DNA of 64,000 nt from positions 1,078-65,077 of the forward strand of contig CAYYVT010000106.1 in NCBI GenBank assembly GCA_964475215.1. Reading direction: 5' to 3'. This document shows, one piece after another, positions 1-8,835 of the stretch. The translations under genes and the position numbers were made by a program. This DNA is from an uncultured Nitrososphaerales archaeon (lineage in GTDB: Archaea; Thermoproteota; Nitrososphaeria; Conexivisphaerales; DTJL01). Position 1 is the first letter of the stretch, and every line of letters starts with the position of its first letter. Below the pieces are notes generated by a model, which was given only the letters and a program-made list of their open reading frames with translations, was not told where the DNA came from and did not search any database.

Positions 1-307
1 TCAGGCCGCTCAGCGTCCGGTCTACTTCATCCTTGGCTCCTTCGTAGCTTTTGAGCCTCCTCCCTCCAGCCTCAGTGGTCGTATACCGACCATCGATGTC
101 TTCGATCAGCCCCTCGGAGAGCAACTTCCCCAGGAGAGGGTAGACCAGGCCCGGAGACGGCCTCCAGGCGCCGCCGGTCCTTCTATCCGTTTCATCCATG
201 ATTTCCTTCCCTGTCATCGGCTTCTCCTGCAACAATGAGAGGACATAGTATCTCGAGAAGCCCCTCGGGACCACGCTTCGTCCCGCGCCCGTCTTCTGTT
301 CGCTCAT
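1..307 (-). CDS. PadR-family winged-helix transcriptional regulator (C-terminus runs off the left edge)
   Basis: Not in the ORF track. Manual translation from the ATG (rc of 305-307) gives MSEQKTGAGRSVVPRGFSRYYVLSLLQEKPMTGKEIMDETDRRTGGAWRPSPGLVYPLLGKLLSEGLIEDIDGRYTTTEAGGRRL... The frame is still open at position 1. The L.LL....MTG.EI......W.PSPG.VYP.L..L..EGLI pattern is typical of PadR. Confidence 0.7.
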   Translation of the reverse strand, partial: MSEQKTGAGRSVVPRGFSRYYVLSLLQEKPMTGKEIMDETDRRTGGAWRPSPGLVYPLLGKLLSEGLIEDIDGRYTTTEAGGRRLKSYEGAKDEVDRTLSGL

Positions 308-314
308 ATCACTG

Positions 315-338
315 GCGATATCGCAAGCGATATTTAAG
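315..338. promoter_or_regulatory. Putative PadR promoter/operator: perfect palindrome GCGATATCGC, a GCGATAT half-repeat and a TTAAATAT box
   Basis: gcgatatcgc (315-324) is a perfect 10-bp palindrome. gcgatat repeats at 327-333. On the minus strand TTAAATAT lies about 22-31 nt upstream of the PadR ATG at 307, which fits a leaderless archaeal promoter with the operator between the TATA box and the start. Confidence 0.4.
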
Positions 339-458
339 CCCTCCCTAGGTCCTTTTCGCTGCCCCCTGACGCCATCTGGCCCTCCAAAGGTCGAAAGCTT
401 CGCGTACCCGATATCTCGGCAAAGGCTAAATCCGACTTCGCCAAATTCCGTCGTCGCG

Positions 459-860
459 ATGTCAGGCATATCTAACGTGGTCTTCCTCATCATAGGCCTC
501 ATCATCCTCTGGATAGTAGCCTCCATCCCAGCGTACATAGCCGGGAAAATCGTGACGTCCGGCAAGGCGAGCTTCGGCGATGCCATGGCTGCAACGCTAG
601 GAGGGGTATTAGTGTACGCGATAGTCCTCTTCGCCGTCGCCTATTTCCTGCAACCCTTAGTCGGAGCATCCGCAGACGTACTGGCATTGATTCTAGCTTT
701 CGTTGCCTGGCTTGCCGTGTATAGGGCATCGTTTGATACCGGCTGGCTAGGAGCTTTCGGAATAGCGGTCCTCTCTTTGCTGGTCCTCATAGTGCTGAAC
801 GCAATCTTGGGGAGTCTCTTCGGGGTCGCGTTCCCTAGCATCTTCCCATTCCCGTTGTGA
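459..860 (+). CDS. Small integral membrane protein (about 4 TM helices), function unknown
   Basis: 133-aa ORF made almost entirely of hydrophobic segments (VVFLIIGLIILWIVASIPAYIAG, GGVLVYAIVLFAVAYFL, etc.). It is divergent from the PadR gene. Confidence 0.6.
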   Translation: MSGISNVVFLIIGLIILWIVASIPAYIAGKIVTSGKASFGDAMAATLGGVLVYAIVLFAVAYFLQPLVGASADVLALILAFVAWLAVYRASFDTGWLGAFGIAVLSLLVLIVLNAILGSLFGVAFPSIFPFPL

Positions 861-1119
861 CTGACAGCGACGATCGCCCGAGTCTTGCTTGATGGGGCCC
901 CTTGTTGGCACCAGCTGGCGACGCGTTCCGGACCGGTGGCCAACACATCATGAATTCGTGACTTGCATCGTGGACGTTTTGATGGCTCCTTCATCCTTCG
1001 CGTTGCCCTCGCTCTTCGCCTCCTCTTGAGGCGCCCCAATCGGAGGCGGGCCCCTTAGAAACCACAGGCCCTCCCTGAAGGCCCCGGTGGTCTCTTTCTT
1101 TCCGATTACGACTGCGGGC

Positions 1120-1132
1120 AAAGGTTAATTAC
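1120..1132 (+). promoter_or_regulatory. TATA/BRE-like box upstream of the 5S rRNA gene
   Basis: aaaggttaattac is centred about 28 nt upstream of the 5S 5' end. A similar gtttaattac box sits upstream of the SRP RNA gene. Confidence 0.5.
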
Positions 1133-1154
1133 TGTGCCCTGATGTGGGTCTGTT

Positions 1155-1272
1155 CAGCCGGCCATAGGGACGGGGTCCCACCTGGTCCCATTCCGAACCC
1201 AGAAGTTAAACCCGTCACCGCCGCTGTGCTAGTGAGATGCGCGAGCTCTCGCGAAGCAGTGGTGCCGGCGCC
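1155..1272 (+). rRNA. 5S ribosomal RNA (stand-alone, not linked to 16S/23S in this window)
   Basis: gccggccatagggacggggtcccacctggtcccattccgaacccagaagttaaac matches the universal 5S core (CCAUUCCGAACCC.GAAGUUAAG). The terminal helix is GCCGGC 1157-1162 paired with GCCGGC 1264-1269. The ends are approximate, within a few nt. Confidence 0.85.
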
Positions 1273-1455
1273 TACATCTCCTTTGTCATGGAGGAATATG
1301 GTCAGTTCGGTCCTTCACACTCGGGCCAAGACACCGGGGATCGACAGGTGGACGCTCCCACAGAGGTCGTCTGGCCGTTTCGGCAGATCCCTTGGGGGAC
1401 GGCGCTAGTGGGAACAGATTATAGCTTAAAATAATGCCTCCTTACCCACCCTTCA

Positions 1456-2583
1456 GTGGTCGTGTTAGCGACGCTAGCGCCATTCCAGATAGCCACGGAC
1501 CCACTGAATCTTACGATTCAGATCGCCTTCTTAGTTGGACCCATATTCCTTTTCATGATCTTCGGCCAGCGCTTCCAGCTGATTCAGTACCAGGGGGACG
1601 TCGGAAGAGGTCTATCTCGGCTGAGCCTCCTGAGGGACAAATCCAAGCAGACCCTCATGGGCTATGTCACTAAGAGGGCTCCTGGAAACCAAGAGGTCAG
1701 CAAGAAGATGGACGACTTCTTGGAGTACTTTACCATCCAGCCGGTGAGCATGGACCCCAGTGGCATCGTGAAGAAGATGGACCACATCCTGACTACGCAG
1801 GACGACCGCATCAGGGAGGAGGTCTCTCAGCTGATGCCTGCCACAAACGAAGTGGAGCGCAGCGTCATCGAGAACATGGCCGGCGTCGCCGCCTCCATGA
1901 ACCAGATCTACAAGGTAGTGCGCCACTTTTATCTCCTAGGCAAGAAGTCCGCCAACTTCTATCTCATTTACCAGCTCTACATGATCCTGCCCACCCTCCT
2001 CAAGCAGGCTGACGCATTGGTCATGGCCATGGGGACACTTGAGCAAGGCCAACCTCTAGGCGACGGAATCGGCCCCATGAGCGTCGGCCTCCTCATGAGG
2101 GACCTTCCGAAATCCAAGGTAGAGCGCGACACGGTGGTCGCAGAGACCAGCTACAAGAACAGAAAGGTGGTGCTGCTCAAGTCGGAGGGCCCCAAGGGCT
2201 CGCTTGGCGAGCTCGACGACGGGCTCATAAAGATCCTCGAGGGGGAACACAACGATACTAAGGCCATCATAATGATTGACGCTGCCCTGAAGCTCGAAGG
2301 AGAGAAGACAGGCGACGTCGCGGAGGGTGTCGGCGCCGCCATTGGCGGCTATGGGGTCGAGAAATTCAAGATCGAAGACGCTGCCTACAGGAAGGGCATC
2401 CCGCTATACGCCGTTATCGTCAAGGAGTCGATAATCGAGGCCATAGGGGCCATGAAGAAAGAGATATCGGAATCCGTCGGCGAAGTCCACAAGTCGATCT
2501 ACAGGATAGTGGAACAGACCGTTCCGGAGAACGGCAAGGTCGTAGTCATCGGTGTCGGGAACACGCTGGGCGTGGCTCAGTAG
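1456..2583 (+). CDS. Conserved archaeal protein of unknown function (DUF1512-like), N-terminal TM segment
   Basis: 375-aa ORF with a GTG start about 25 nt after the ttatagcttaaaataa box. Its size and sequence style recall the ~370-aa archaea-only DUF1512 family. This assignment is from memory only. Confidence 0.5.
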   Translation: MVVLATLAPFQIATDPLNLTIQIAFLVGPIFLFMIFGQRFQLIQYQGDVGRGLSRLSLLRDKSKQTLMGYVTKRAPGNQEVSKKMDDFLEYFTIQPVSMDPSGIVKKMDHILTTQDDRIREEVSQLMPATNEVERSVIENMAGVAASMNQIYKVVRHFYLLGKKSANFYLIYQLYMILPTLLKQADALVMAMGTLEQGQPLGDGIGPMSVGLLMRDLPKSKVERDTVVAETSYKNRKVVLLKSEGPKGSLGELDDGLIKILEGEHNDTKAIIMIDAALKLEGEKTGDVAEGVGAAIGGYGVEKFKIEDAAYRKGIPLYAVIVKESIIEAIGAMKKEISESVGEVHKSIYRIVEQTVPENGKVVVIGVGNTLGVAQ

Positions 2584-2598
2584 GGCGGTGGCACCGAC

Positions 2599-2793
2599 TT
2601 GATGGGCGCAGAGGTGGGGTCGAACCAGAAGCAGATAGTGTACACCATAGAAGAATGCCCCAAATGTAGCACGAAGAACAAGAGGCTCTTCACCCAGGGC
2701 GACTATATCATCAAGGAGGCGGGGAAGTGTCCCAAGTGCGGAGCCACCATGTTCATCTCCGCAATCTACGGCGAAGCCCCTCCTAAGGCCTAG
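2599..2793 (+). CDS. Small zinc-ribbon protein
   Basis: 64 aa with two CPKC pairs (CPKCSTKNK...CPKCGATMF). It starts 16 nt after the upstream gene, so it is probably co-transcribed. The ATG at 2602 is an alternative start. Confidence 0.6.
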   Translation: MMGAEVGSNQKQIVYTIEECPKCSTKNKRLFTQGDYIIKEAGKCPKCGATMFISAIYGEAPPKA

Positions 2794-3683
2794 AGGGTAG
2801 TCACAAGGGTCTCATTTGCGCCGACAAGGACCGTGTGCTCGAACTGGGAGACCAGGGCCCCATCAACGGTCGTAAGCACAGGATACGTCATGGCGATCCT
2901 CTCCTTTAGCAGGGACTGCAGTATCCCAGCGGCCTTCTCCCCGGCATAGGCCTTTGCGAACCACCTCGAGCTGAAGGGGAGGCTCTTGTAGCTCTGCCAG
3001 ATGAACTCGGCTGCGCTGGCCAGCTCCTTGTCCTTGATCCTCTTCCTGCTCACGAGCCTGTATATGTTGCCGGGAGGGCCGTTGATCACCCATCCTCGGG
3101 CGGCCTTCGCCACCAGGAACGGCTCTATGGCGTAGGCCGTGTCAAGCTTGAAGGATCCGTCGGTCCTCTCCCTATCGTTGGGCACCGAAACTCCAGCATG
3201 AAGGACGTACTGGTCCAGCTGGTGGCCGGCTAGGTTAGCTATGGGCCTGTAGCCCCGCCTTGAGGCCTCCATGTCGACGACCTCTCCAACGTTCCCCAGT
3301 GCGGCCTCCCTCCTGATCGACTTCAAGGCATCTGAAAGGATAGCCCTATTGGCAGACACCATGTCCTCCAGAGAGGGATTGAAGTTTACAGTGACGGCCG
3401 TGTCGGCGATGTAGCCGTCAACGTGGACCCCGATATCGAGCTTCACGATCGCCCCCCTCTGAATCCTCCGACTGTCCCCCGGCGACGCGGAGTAATGGGC
3501 CGCTTCGGCGTTCTGCGATATGTTACAGGGAAAGGCGGGAAGCCCTCCTCTGGAGATTATCCTCTCTTCTACCTTCTCACAGACTTCCTCGACGAGCATG
3601 TCCTCGGCCATAATTCTCGCGCCCTCCTGCAATGCCTCTGAAGCTATCTGTCCCGCCTTGACGTAGGATTCCCTTGGGGTCAA
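2790..3683 (-). CDS. map: Methionine aminopeptidase, type 2 (archaeal)
   Basis: 297 aa. FPCNISQNAEAAHY, KLDIGVHVDGYIADTA, HQL..YVLHAG and FEHTV are the metal-ligand and pita-bread motifs of MetAP2. Confidence 0.9.
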   Translation of the reverse strand: MTPRESYVKAGQIASEALQEGARIMAEDMLVEEVCEKVEERIISRGGLPAFPCNISQNAEAAHYSASPGDSRRIQRGAIVKLDIGVHVDGYIADTAVTVNFNPSLEDMVSANRAILSDALKSIRREAALGNVGEVVDMEASRRGYRPIANLAGHQLDQYVLHAGVSVPNDRERTDGSFKLDTAYAIEPFLVAKAARGWVINGPPGNIYRLVSRKRIKDKELASAAEFIWQSYKSLPFSSRWFAKAYAGEKAAGILQSLLKERIAMTYPVLTTVDGALVSQFEHTVLVGANETLVTTL

Positions 3684-3748
3684 TCGCTCACCTATCTCTT
3701 GGGAATGGTTTAAAATAAAGACATTTTGCTAACTCTCCCGTAGAGGAC

Positions 3749-4246
3749 TTGCATAAGAAGCGGGTCGCCTCCAAAAGATTCAAAGTCGTCGCCCTCGGGG
3801 GGACCTTCGATTACCTCCACAAGGGCCACAGGGCCCTCCTCGACGAAGGCTTCGAGATTGGAGACACGCTCCTCATAGGAGTGGTGTCAGACGCTCTCGC
3901 CCACTCCCTTGGCAAGACGCCCGAGCAGCACTATAACGAAAGGTTCATGGGCGTCGTGAAGTATATAACCGAGAACCACTCGGGCGAGTCTTTCAAGCTC
4001 CTCCAGCTTGAGGACCACTATGGTCCCCTCGCCACAGACCCTTCTGTGGAGGCGGTCGTGGTCACGCCGGAATCGTTTGATCGAGGCATGCACGCTAACT
4101 TCGTAAGGACAAAATCTGGCCTGAGCACCGTGCACGTTATTCTCGTCCCCCTTGTCCTTGCGGAGGACGGAGTGAGAATCTCGTCCACCCGGATAAGGAA
4201 CAAAGAGATAGACCGTGAAGGCCGACTGATTTCGCCAAGGCCTTAA
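3749..4246 (+). CDS. Cytidylyltransferase-family protein, probable archaeal phosphopantetheine adenylyltransferase
   Basis: 165 aa. VVALGGTFDYLHKGHRALL is a (T/H)xGH nucleotidyltransferase motif, with ISSTRIR near the C-terminus. It has a TTG start. Confidence 0.7.
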   Translation: MHKKRVASKRFKVVALGGTFDYLHKGHRALLDEGFEIGDTLLIGVVSDALAHSLGKTPEQHYNERFMGVVKYITENHSGESFKLLQLEDHYGPLATDPSVEAVVVTPESFDRGMHANFVRTKSGLSTVHVILVPLVLAEDGVRISSTRIRNKEIDREGRLISPRP

Positions 4247-4286
4247 AAGTTTTTCAACATGACAGCCGTCGAATCCCCCGAAAAGA

Positions 4287-5417
4287 ATGTCAGAACTTCA
4301 GCTTGACCCATGGGGGACCACCGACATCAAAGACTACAACCGCCTCTATCAGGAGTTCGGAATATCACCCGTTACGGATGAGCTCCTTGCATCTCTGAAG
4401 GCGAACAGATACGCAACCCGGAAGTTCATCTTCGGCCACCGAGACCTCCAACAAATCACCGATGCGGTGGCGTCTGGAAGGCCCTACGCCGTCATGTCAG
4501 GCATCAAGCCCACCGGCCCCTTCCATCTTGGGAGCAAGGTCACGGCCGACGAAATCATATTCTTTCAATCGCTCTCCAAGAAGGCCACTGCCTTCTACGC
4601 CATCGCCGACGTCGAAGCGTATTGCGACAACGGTGTGAACATGGCCGAAAGCTCCAGGATGGCCATTATCAACGCGGCAGACCTGCTTGCGCTCGGCCTC
4701 GACCCCGAACGTGCCGTTATCTACAAGCAGTCCGACTCGCTCGCCGTCCAGGACCTCGCCTTCATCTTCTCCCGCGACGCTACATTCAATACCCTGAAGG
4801 CGATCTACGGAGAGAGGCCCATTGGCCTCTATCTGTCTGCTTTCGTCCAGGCCGGTGACATCCTACTCCCTCAGACCAAGATCTTCGGGGGGCCCAAGCC
4901 GGTTCTGGTACCTGTCGGTGCAGACCAGGACCCCCACATCAGGCTGACGAGGGACATCGCACAGAAGCATTCCGCCGATTTGGGCCTGATTCCTCCCTCT
5001 GCGGTATACCACAAGCTGGTCAGGTCGCTCAAGGGAGACACGAAGATGTCCAAGAGGGATCCCATGAGCATGATTACGCTTTCGGACCCGCCTAAGGAAG
5101 CCAAGAAGAAGGTTTTGGCAGCGTTTACCGGTGGGAGGGCCACTGTGGAGGAGCAGAGGCGGCTCGGCGCAAACCCGAACATCTGCCCCGTCTACGATCT
5201 TTACCTCTATCACTTCGTTGATGACGACGGGATCGTAAGAACTGTCCATGATGAATGCACTTCCGGTGCGAGGCTCTGTGGAGAGTGCAAGCTGCAGGCA
5301 GCAGGCTATGTCGAGGCTTTCCTTCAGAGACACCAAGAGAAGAGGAAGAAGATGACCCCGAAGGCGGAGGAGCTCCTCGAACGCAGCAGGCCCCTCGTGG
5401 GACAGAAGCCTATTTAG
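4287..5417 (+). CDS. trpS: Tryptophanyl-tRNA synthetase (archaeal/eukaryal type)
   Basis: 376 aa. N-terminal DPWG...DY..LY.EFG, the class-I signature GPFHLGS, KMSKRDP (KMSKS) and C-terminal TGGRATVEEQRRLGANP..CPVY...CGECK, as in archaeal TrpRS. Confidence 0.9.
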   Translation: MSELQLDPWGTTDIKDYNRLYQEFGISPVTDELLASLKANRYATRKFIFGHRDLQQITDAVASGRPYAVMSGIKPTGPFHLGSKVTADEIIFFQSLSKKATAFYAIADVEAYCDNGVNMAESSRMAIINAADLLALGLDPERAVIYKQSDSLAVQDLAFIFSRDATFNTLKAIYGERPIGLYLSAFVQAGDILLPQTKIFGGPKPVLVPVGADQDPHIRLTRDIAQKHSADLGLIPPSAVYHKLVRSLKGDTKMSKRDPMSMITLSDPPKEAKKKVLAAFTGGRATVEEQRRLGANPNICPVYDLYLYHFVDDDGIVRTVHDECTSGARLCGECKLQAAGYVEAFLQRHQEKRKKMTPKAEELLERSRPLVGQKPI

Positions 5418-5464
5418 GCGGCAGAGCACGAGGCATGACATAAAACAGGTGCATTCATCCACTC

Positions 5465-6970
5465 ATGTCTGGCCAGACACCTCTACACCCACTTGAGAAG
5501 AAGGCTCTGTCGATCCTCTTGCGAAGGAATAAGGTGGGACTCGACGAACTGGCTACGGAGTCGAACGAGAACGTCGACCAGATAAGGCGCGTAGTCGAGT
5601 GGCTGAAAGCAAAGAAACTCGTCGACGTGGAGCTCAAGGCACGTACTCTCGTATTCCTCGGGAAGGAAGGTAGGGATGCCGCAGCCAACGGCCTCCCTGA
5701 GGCCCGGCTTGCCCGGTTCCTCTCAACACAGACAGGTCAACTCCCTCTTCCCATGGTCAATGTTCAGCTTGGGATGGATGCCACGGCCTTCAATGCTGCC
5801 GTCGGAAGGGCCAAGCAGGAGGGGTGGATTCGCGTCGAGAGGAGCGGCGAAGGGTTGATAGCATCCTCGCCCACCCTGCTTCCTACTCAGCCCGCAGAGG
5901 AACTTCTGAAGAAGCTCTCCGCGGGGCCGACGGATAAGAAGTCCCTGTCCTCCGAGGAGCTAGCGATCCTCGCCACGCTTTCCAGGCGCCCCGGTTACCT
6001 CACTGAGAAGGAGGAGAAGACCGCGGAGGTGAGGCTGCTCGAGCTGCCCCCGGGGATCAACCTGGACTCTTCGGAGGAGGTGGTCCTCACGGCCTCCCTT
6101 CTGGAGAAGGCAGCCCAGGGCTCCATCAGGCTTTCGAAGCTGGACGTATCCTCCGCTTCGCCGGTGCTGCCCATGGGGAGGGAGCATCCCATGGCTACAT
6201 TCCTCAGGCACGTCAGGGAGACGCTCCTCGGGATGGGCTTCGAAGAAGTGGACGGACCTCTGGTCCAATCCAGTTTCTGGACCTTCGATGCCCTCTTCAC
6301 CCCTCAGGACCACCCTGCTCGCGAGATGCAGGACACCTTCTACCTCGAAGACGTCAGGTCCAAGGTAGGCAATCCCGCCCTCGTCAAGAAGGTGAAGAGG
6401 GTGCACGAGGATGGGTGGAATATAGGATCGAAGGGATGGGGGTACCGCTGGTCCCTAGCCGAGGCGGAAAGGTCGGTGATGAGAACGCACACCACGGCCA
6501 TAACCATAAGATACCTGGCTGAGAATTCCCGTGAAAGCGCCAAGGTCTTCAGCCTCGGAAAGGTGTTCAGGAATGAGAGCGCCAACTCCACTCACCTTAT
6601 GGAGTTCAATCAGATCGAGGGCATAGTCGTAGAGAGGAACGCTAGCCTGCGTCTCCTCAAGGGATACCTCTCGACTTTCCTCAAGGGGCTTGGGTTCGAA
6701 AAGGTGGCATTTCAGCCCTCCTTCTTCCCATACACGGAGCCCTCGATGGAGCCTGCCGTCTACTCCGAGAAGCTTGGGAAGTGGCTTGAGCTTGGCGGGT
6801 CGGGGCTGTTTCGCCCCGAAGTGACCGTTCCGGTCGGTGTGAAGAACCCCGTCATGGCCTGGGGCTTCGGACTAGAGAGGATCGCCATGCTCTACTTCGA
6901 CGCGGCCGATATCCGTGATTTCTACGCCAACAGGCTTTCTTGGCTGAGAGAGGTGCCCCAATGCCCGTAA
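5465..6970 (+). CDS. pheS: Phenylalanyl-tRNA synthetase alpha subunit
   Basis: 501 aa. It has an N-terminal wHTH-like region and then class-II motifs (FRNE, GWGFGLERIAML). Confidence 0.9.
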   Translation: MSGQTPLHPLEKKALSILLRRNKVGLDELATESNENVDQIRRVVEWLKAKKLVDVELKARTLVFLGKEGRDAAANGLPEARLARFLSTQTGQLPLPMVNVQLGMDATAFNAAVGRAKQEGWIRVERSGEGLIASSPTLLPTQPAEELLKKLSAGPTDKKSLSSEELAILATLSRRPGYLTEKEEKTAEVRLLELPPGINLDSSEEVVLTASLLEKAAQGSIRLSKLDVSSASPVLPMGREHPMATFLRHVRETLLGMGFEEVDGPLVQSSFWTFDALFTPQDHPAREMQDTFYLEDVRSKVGNPALVKKVKRVHEDGWNIGSKGWGYRWSLAEAERSVMRTHTTAITIRYLAENSRESAKVFSLGKVFRNESANSTHLMEFNQIEGIVVERNASLRLLKGYLSTFLKGLGFEKVAFQPSFFPYTEPSMEPAVYSEKLGKWLELGGSGLFRPEVTVPVGVKNPVMAWGFGLERIAMLYFDAADIRDFYANRLSWLREVPQCP

Positions 6971-8637
6971 TCACCCTTTACAAGGACAGGATGCGGTCGC
7001 TGGTAGGGGGGAAGTTGGGCTTCGACAGGATTGTCGATCGGCTCCCTCAGCTGGGGCTCCACATCGAGGAAGTAGGCGAGGATTCCGTCAGGGTCGAATA
7101 CGACCCCAACAGGCTGGACTACTCCACCGATTACGGAATCGCTAGGTCTCTCAGAGGCAGCTTCGGCATCGCGCTCGGTGCGCCCAGGCACAAGCTGGGA
7201 AGTTCCAACGTCACATTCGCAGTCGATCCGTCCGTCCGGAAGGTAAGACCCTACATCGCGGGCCTCTTGGCGGAGGGGATGCGGCTGGACGATGAAACAA
7301 TTCGGCAGGTCATCTCGATGCAGGAGGACCTACATAACGGCCTGGGCAGGCGGAGAGCCAAGCTGGCCATTGGCATTCACGATGCCGATGCGGTGAAACC
7401 TCCTGTCCGGTATTCGACCGTCCCCTCCTCGTTTGTCTTCACCCCGCTCGACTCCCAGACGCCGATGTCCATACGTGAGATACTCCTGGAGCTCCCGACC
7501 GGGAGGAAGTACTCCTCCTTGGTCTCCGGCCACGACATTTTCCCCATCATCACCGACTCGGCGGGGACGGTGCTCTCCTTCCCTCCCATAATCAACGGGG
7601 TCGCCACAAAGGTGACCCCGAGGACCAGGAACTTGCTCATCGACGTCACGGGAACAGATCGCAGGGCCCTTGAAGATTCCCTGGCCCTACTTGCAGAGGC
7701 CTTCTGGGACGCTGGAGCCCGAGTCTCAAGCATCGAAGTCAGGGAGGGGAGACGGACGACCAGGACACCCGCCCTCAAGCCCTTTTCCTTCTCACTGAAA
7801 GGCAAGTCTGTGTCCGATATCTTGGGCACGAAGCTCAGTGATTCGGAGATCGTCGATGCCTTGAAGAAGTCTCGACTCGATGCCGCCATCAGGGGCGGTC
7901 AAATCTCCGTCACCGCTCCACGCTACAGGTTCGACCTGCTGCACGTCGTGGATCTCGCCGAAGAGGCGATGTACGGATACGGTTTTGGAAGGCTGAAGCC
8001 TTCGTACGATTTCAGCTATACAAAGGGCTCCCTCTCCCCGAGGACACAGCTGATGGAGGCCGTTCGGAGATCAGCGGTTGGCCTGGGCCTTCAGGAAGTC
8101 ATGGGTTACTCCCTGAGCAGCAAGGAGGTCCTATTCGACAGGACGAGAAGGGACCCCAAGGTGCCGCTCAAGGTCTCCGGCTCCAAGAGCTCCCTGTACG
8201 AGTACCTCCGGGACATGCTTGTTCCAACACTGGTGCAGCTCCTTGCCGATAACATCCACGAACAATACCCGCAGCGCGTCTTTGAAATGGCCGAAGTCTT
8301 CTCCCGAGCTCAGGGCTCGGAGTCCGGGGTGAGGGAGGATCTTCACCTCGGGGTGGCCGTCAGTGACAACACGGCCAGTTTCACGGACGCGAGGTCTGCT
8401 CTCGACACCATTCTGCTTAAGACGTTCAACGCAAGGGCAGAGTACACACCTCTGCAGGATCCCATCTTTATAGATGGGAGGGGTGCCGAATGCCGATACG
8501 CAGGAAAGAAGCTGGGGGTAGTGGGCGAAATCTCTCCCGCGGTGGTCCTATCGTTTGGCCTTCGAAACCCTGTTTCCGTCTTCGAGATATCCCTGCTTCC
8601 GTTCGCGGGGAGGTTCTCTAAGGAAGAAAGGGTTTAA
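6961..8637 (+). CDS. pheT: Phenylalanyl-tRNA synthetase beta subunit
   Basis: MPVITLYKDRM... begins at ATG 6961 and overlaps the end of pheS by 10 nt. The track start at 6940 is a TTG extension. It is an archaeal-type B3/4-B5 beta subunit of about 558 aa. Confidence 0.88.
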   Translation: MPVITLYKDRMRSLVGGKLGFDRIVDRLPQLGLHIEEVGEDSVRVEYDPNRLDYSTDYGIARSLRGSFGIALGAPRHKLGSSNVTFAVDPSVRKVRPYIAGLLAEGMRLDDETIRQVISMQEDLHNGLGRRRAKLAIGIHDADAVKPPVRYSTVPSSFVFTPLDSQTPMSIREILLELPTGRKYSSLVSGHDIFPIITDSAGTVLSFPPIINGVATKVTPRTRNLLIDVTGTDRRALEDSLALLAEAFWDAGARVSSIEVREGRRTTRTPALKPFSFSLKGKSVSDILGTKLSDSEIVDALKKSRLDAAIRGGQISVTAPRYRFDLLHVVDLAEEAMYGYGFGRLKPSYDFSYTKGSLSPRTQLMEAVRRSAVGLGLQEVMGYSLSSKEVLFDRTRRDPKVPLKVSGSKSSLYEYLRDMLVPTLVQLLADNIHEQYPQRVFEMAEVFSRAQGSESGVREDLHLGVAVSDNTASFTDARSALDTILLKTFNARAEYTPLQDPIFIDGRGAECRYAGKKLGVVGEISPAVVLSFGLRNPVSVFEISLLPFAGRFSKEERV

Positions 8638-8835
8638 AGCCGAGATTCAATCATCGGTCGTCGGCGCGAGGCGTCCACCAAGATGCCTGGCGTCCGTCCC
8701 GTTAAAGAGCTGCGGGAGGGGGCCAACAAAGGCCCGCTGTGAACTCAACAGCTGTCAGAGGCGGGACATACCAACAACCTTCACCGGCGGGTCCGCTTCC
8801 TTTAAGAGCCATCCCGGCCGTAGCCGGCATCATAG

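Noticed and set aside
1275-1430. Possible ncRNA or terminator structure downstream of 5S, an imperfect ~42-nt hairpin at 1357-1398 with a GCCG-TTT-CGGC tip.
   Set aside because: I recognised no family motif (no H/ACA or C/D boxes, and nothing tRNA-like). The hairpin has several mismatches. The short track ORFs here (1142-1408, 1237-1434) overlap the 5S gene and look spurious.
6940-6960. Upstream alternative starts offered by the ORF track (pheT 6940, SCP2 21424, TrpB2 32348, porB 35933, ctaB 42700, GGR-like 48343, GATase 54020, MBL 54442, Lrp 31475).
   Set aside because: In each case the N-terminal extension overlaps the preceding gene or an intergenic promoter and is compositionally odd. 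A downstream start gives the family-typical N-terminus.
8757-8835. Possible C/D-box sRNA on the minus strand (ATGATGC ... CTGA).
   Set aside because: The C box is imperfect, no D' or C' boxes occur at the expected spacing, and there is no terminal stem. I report the region only as generically structured.
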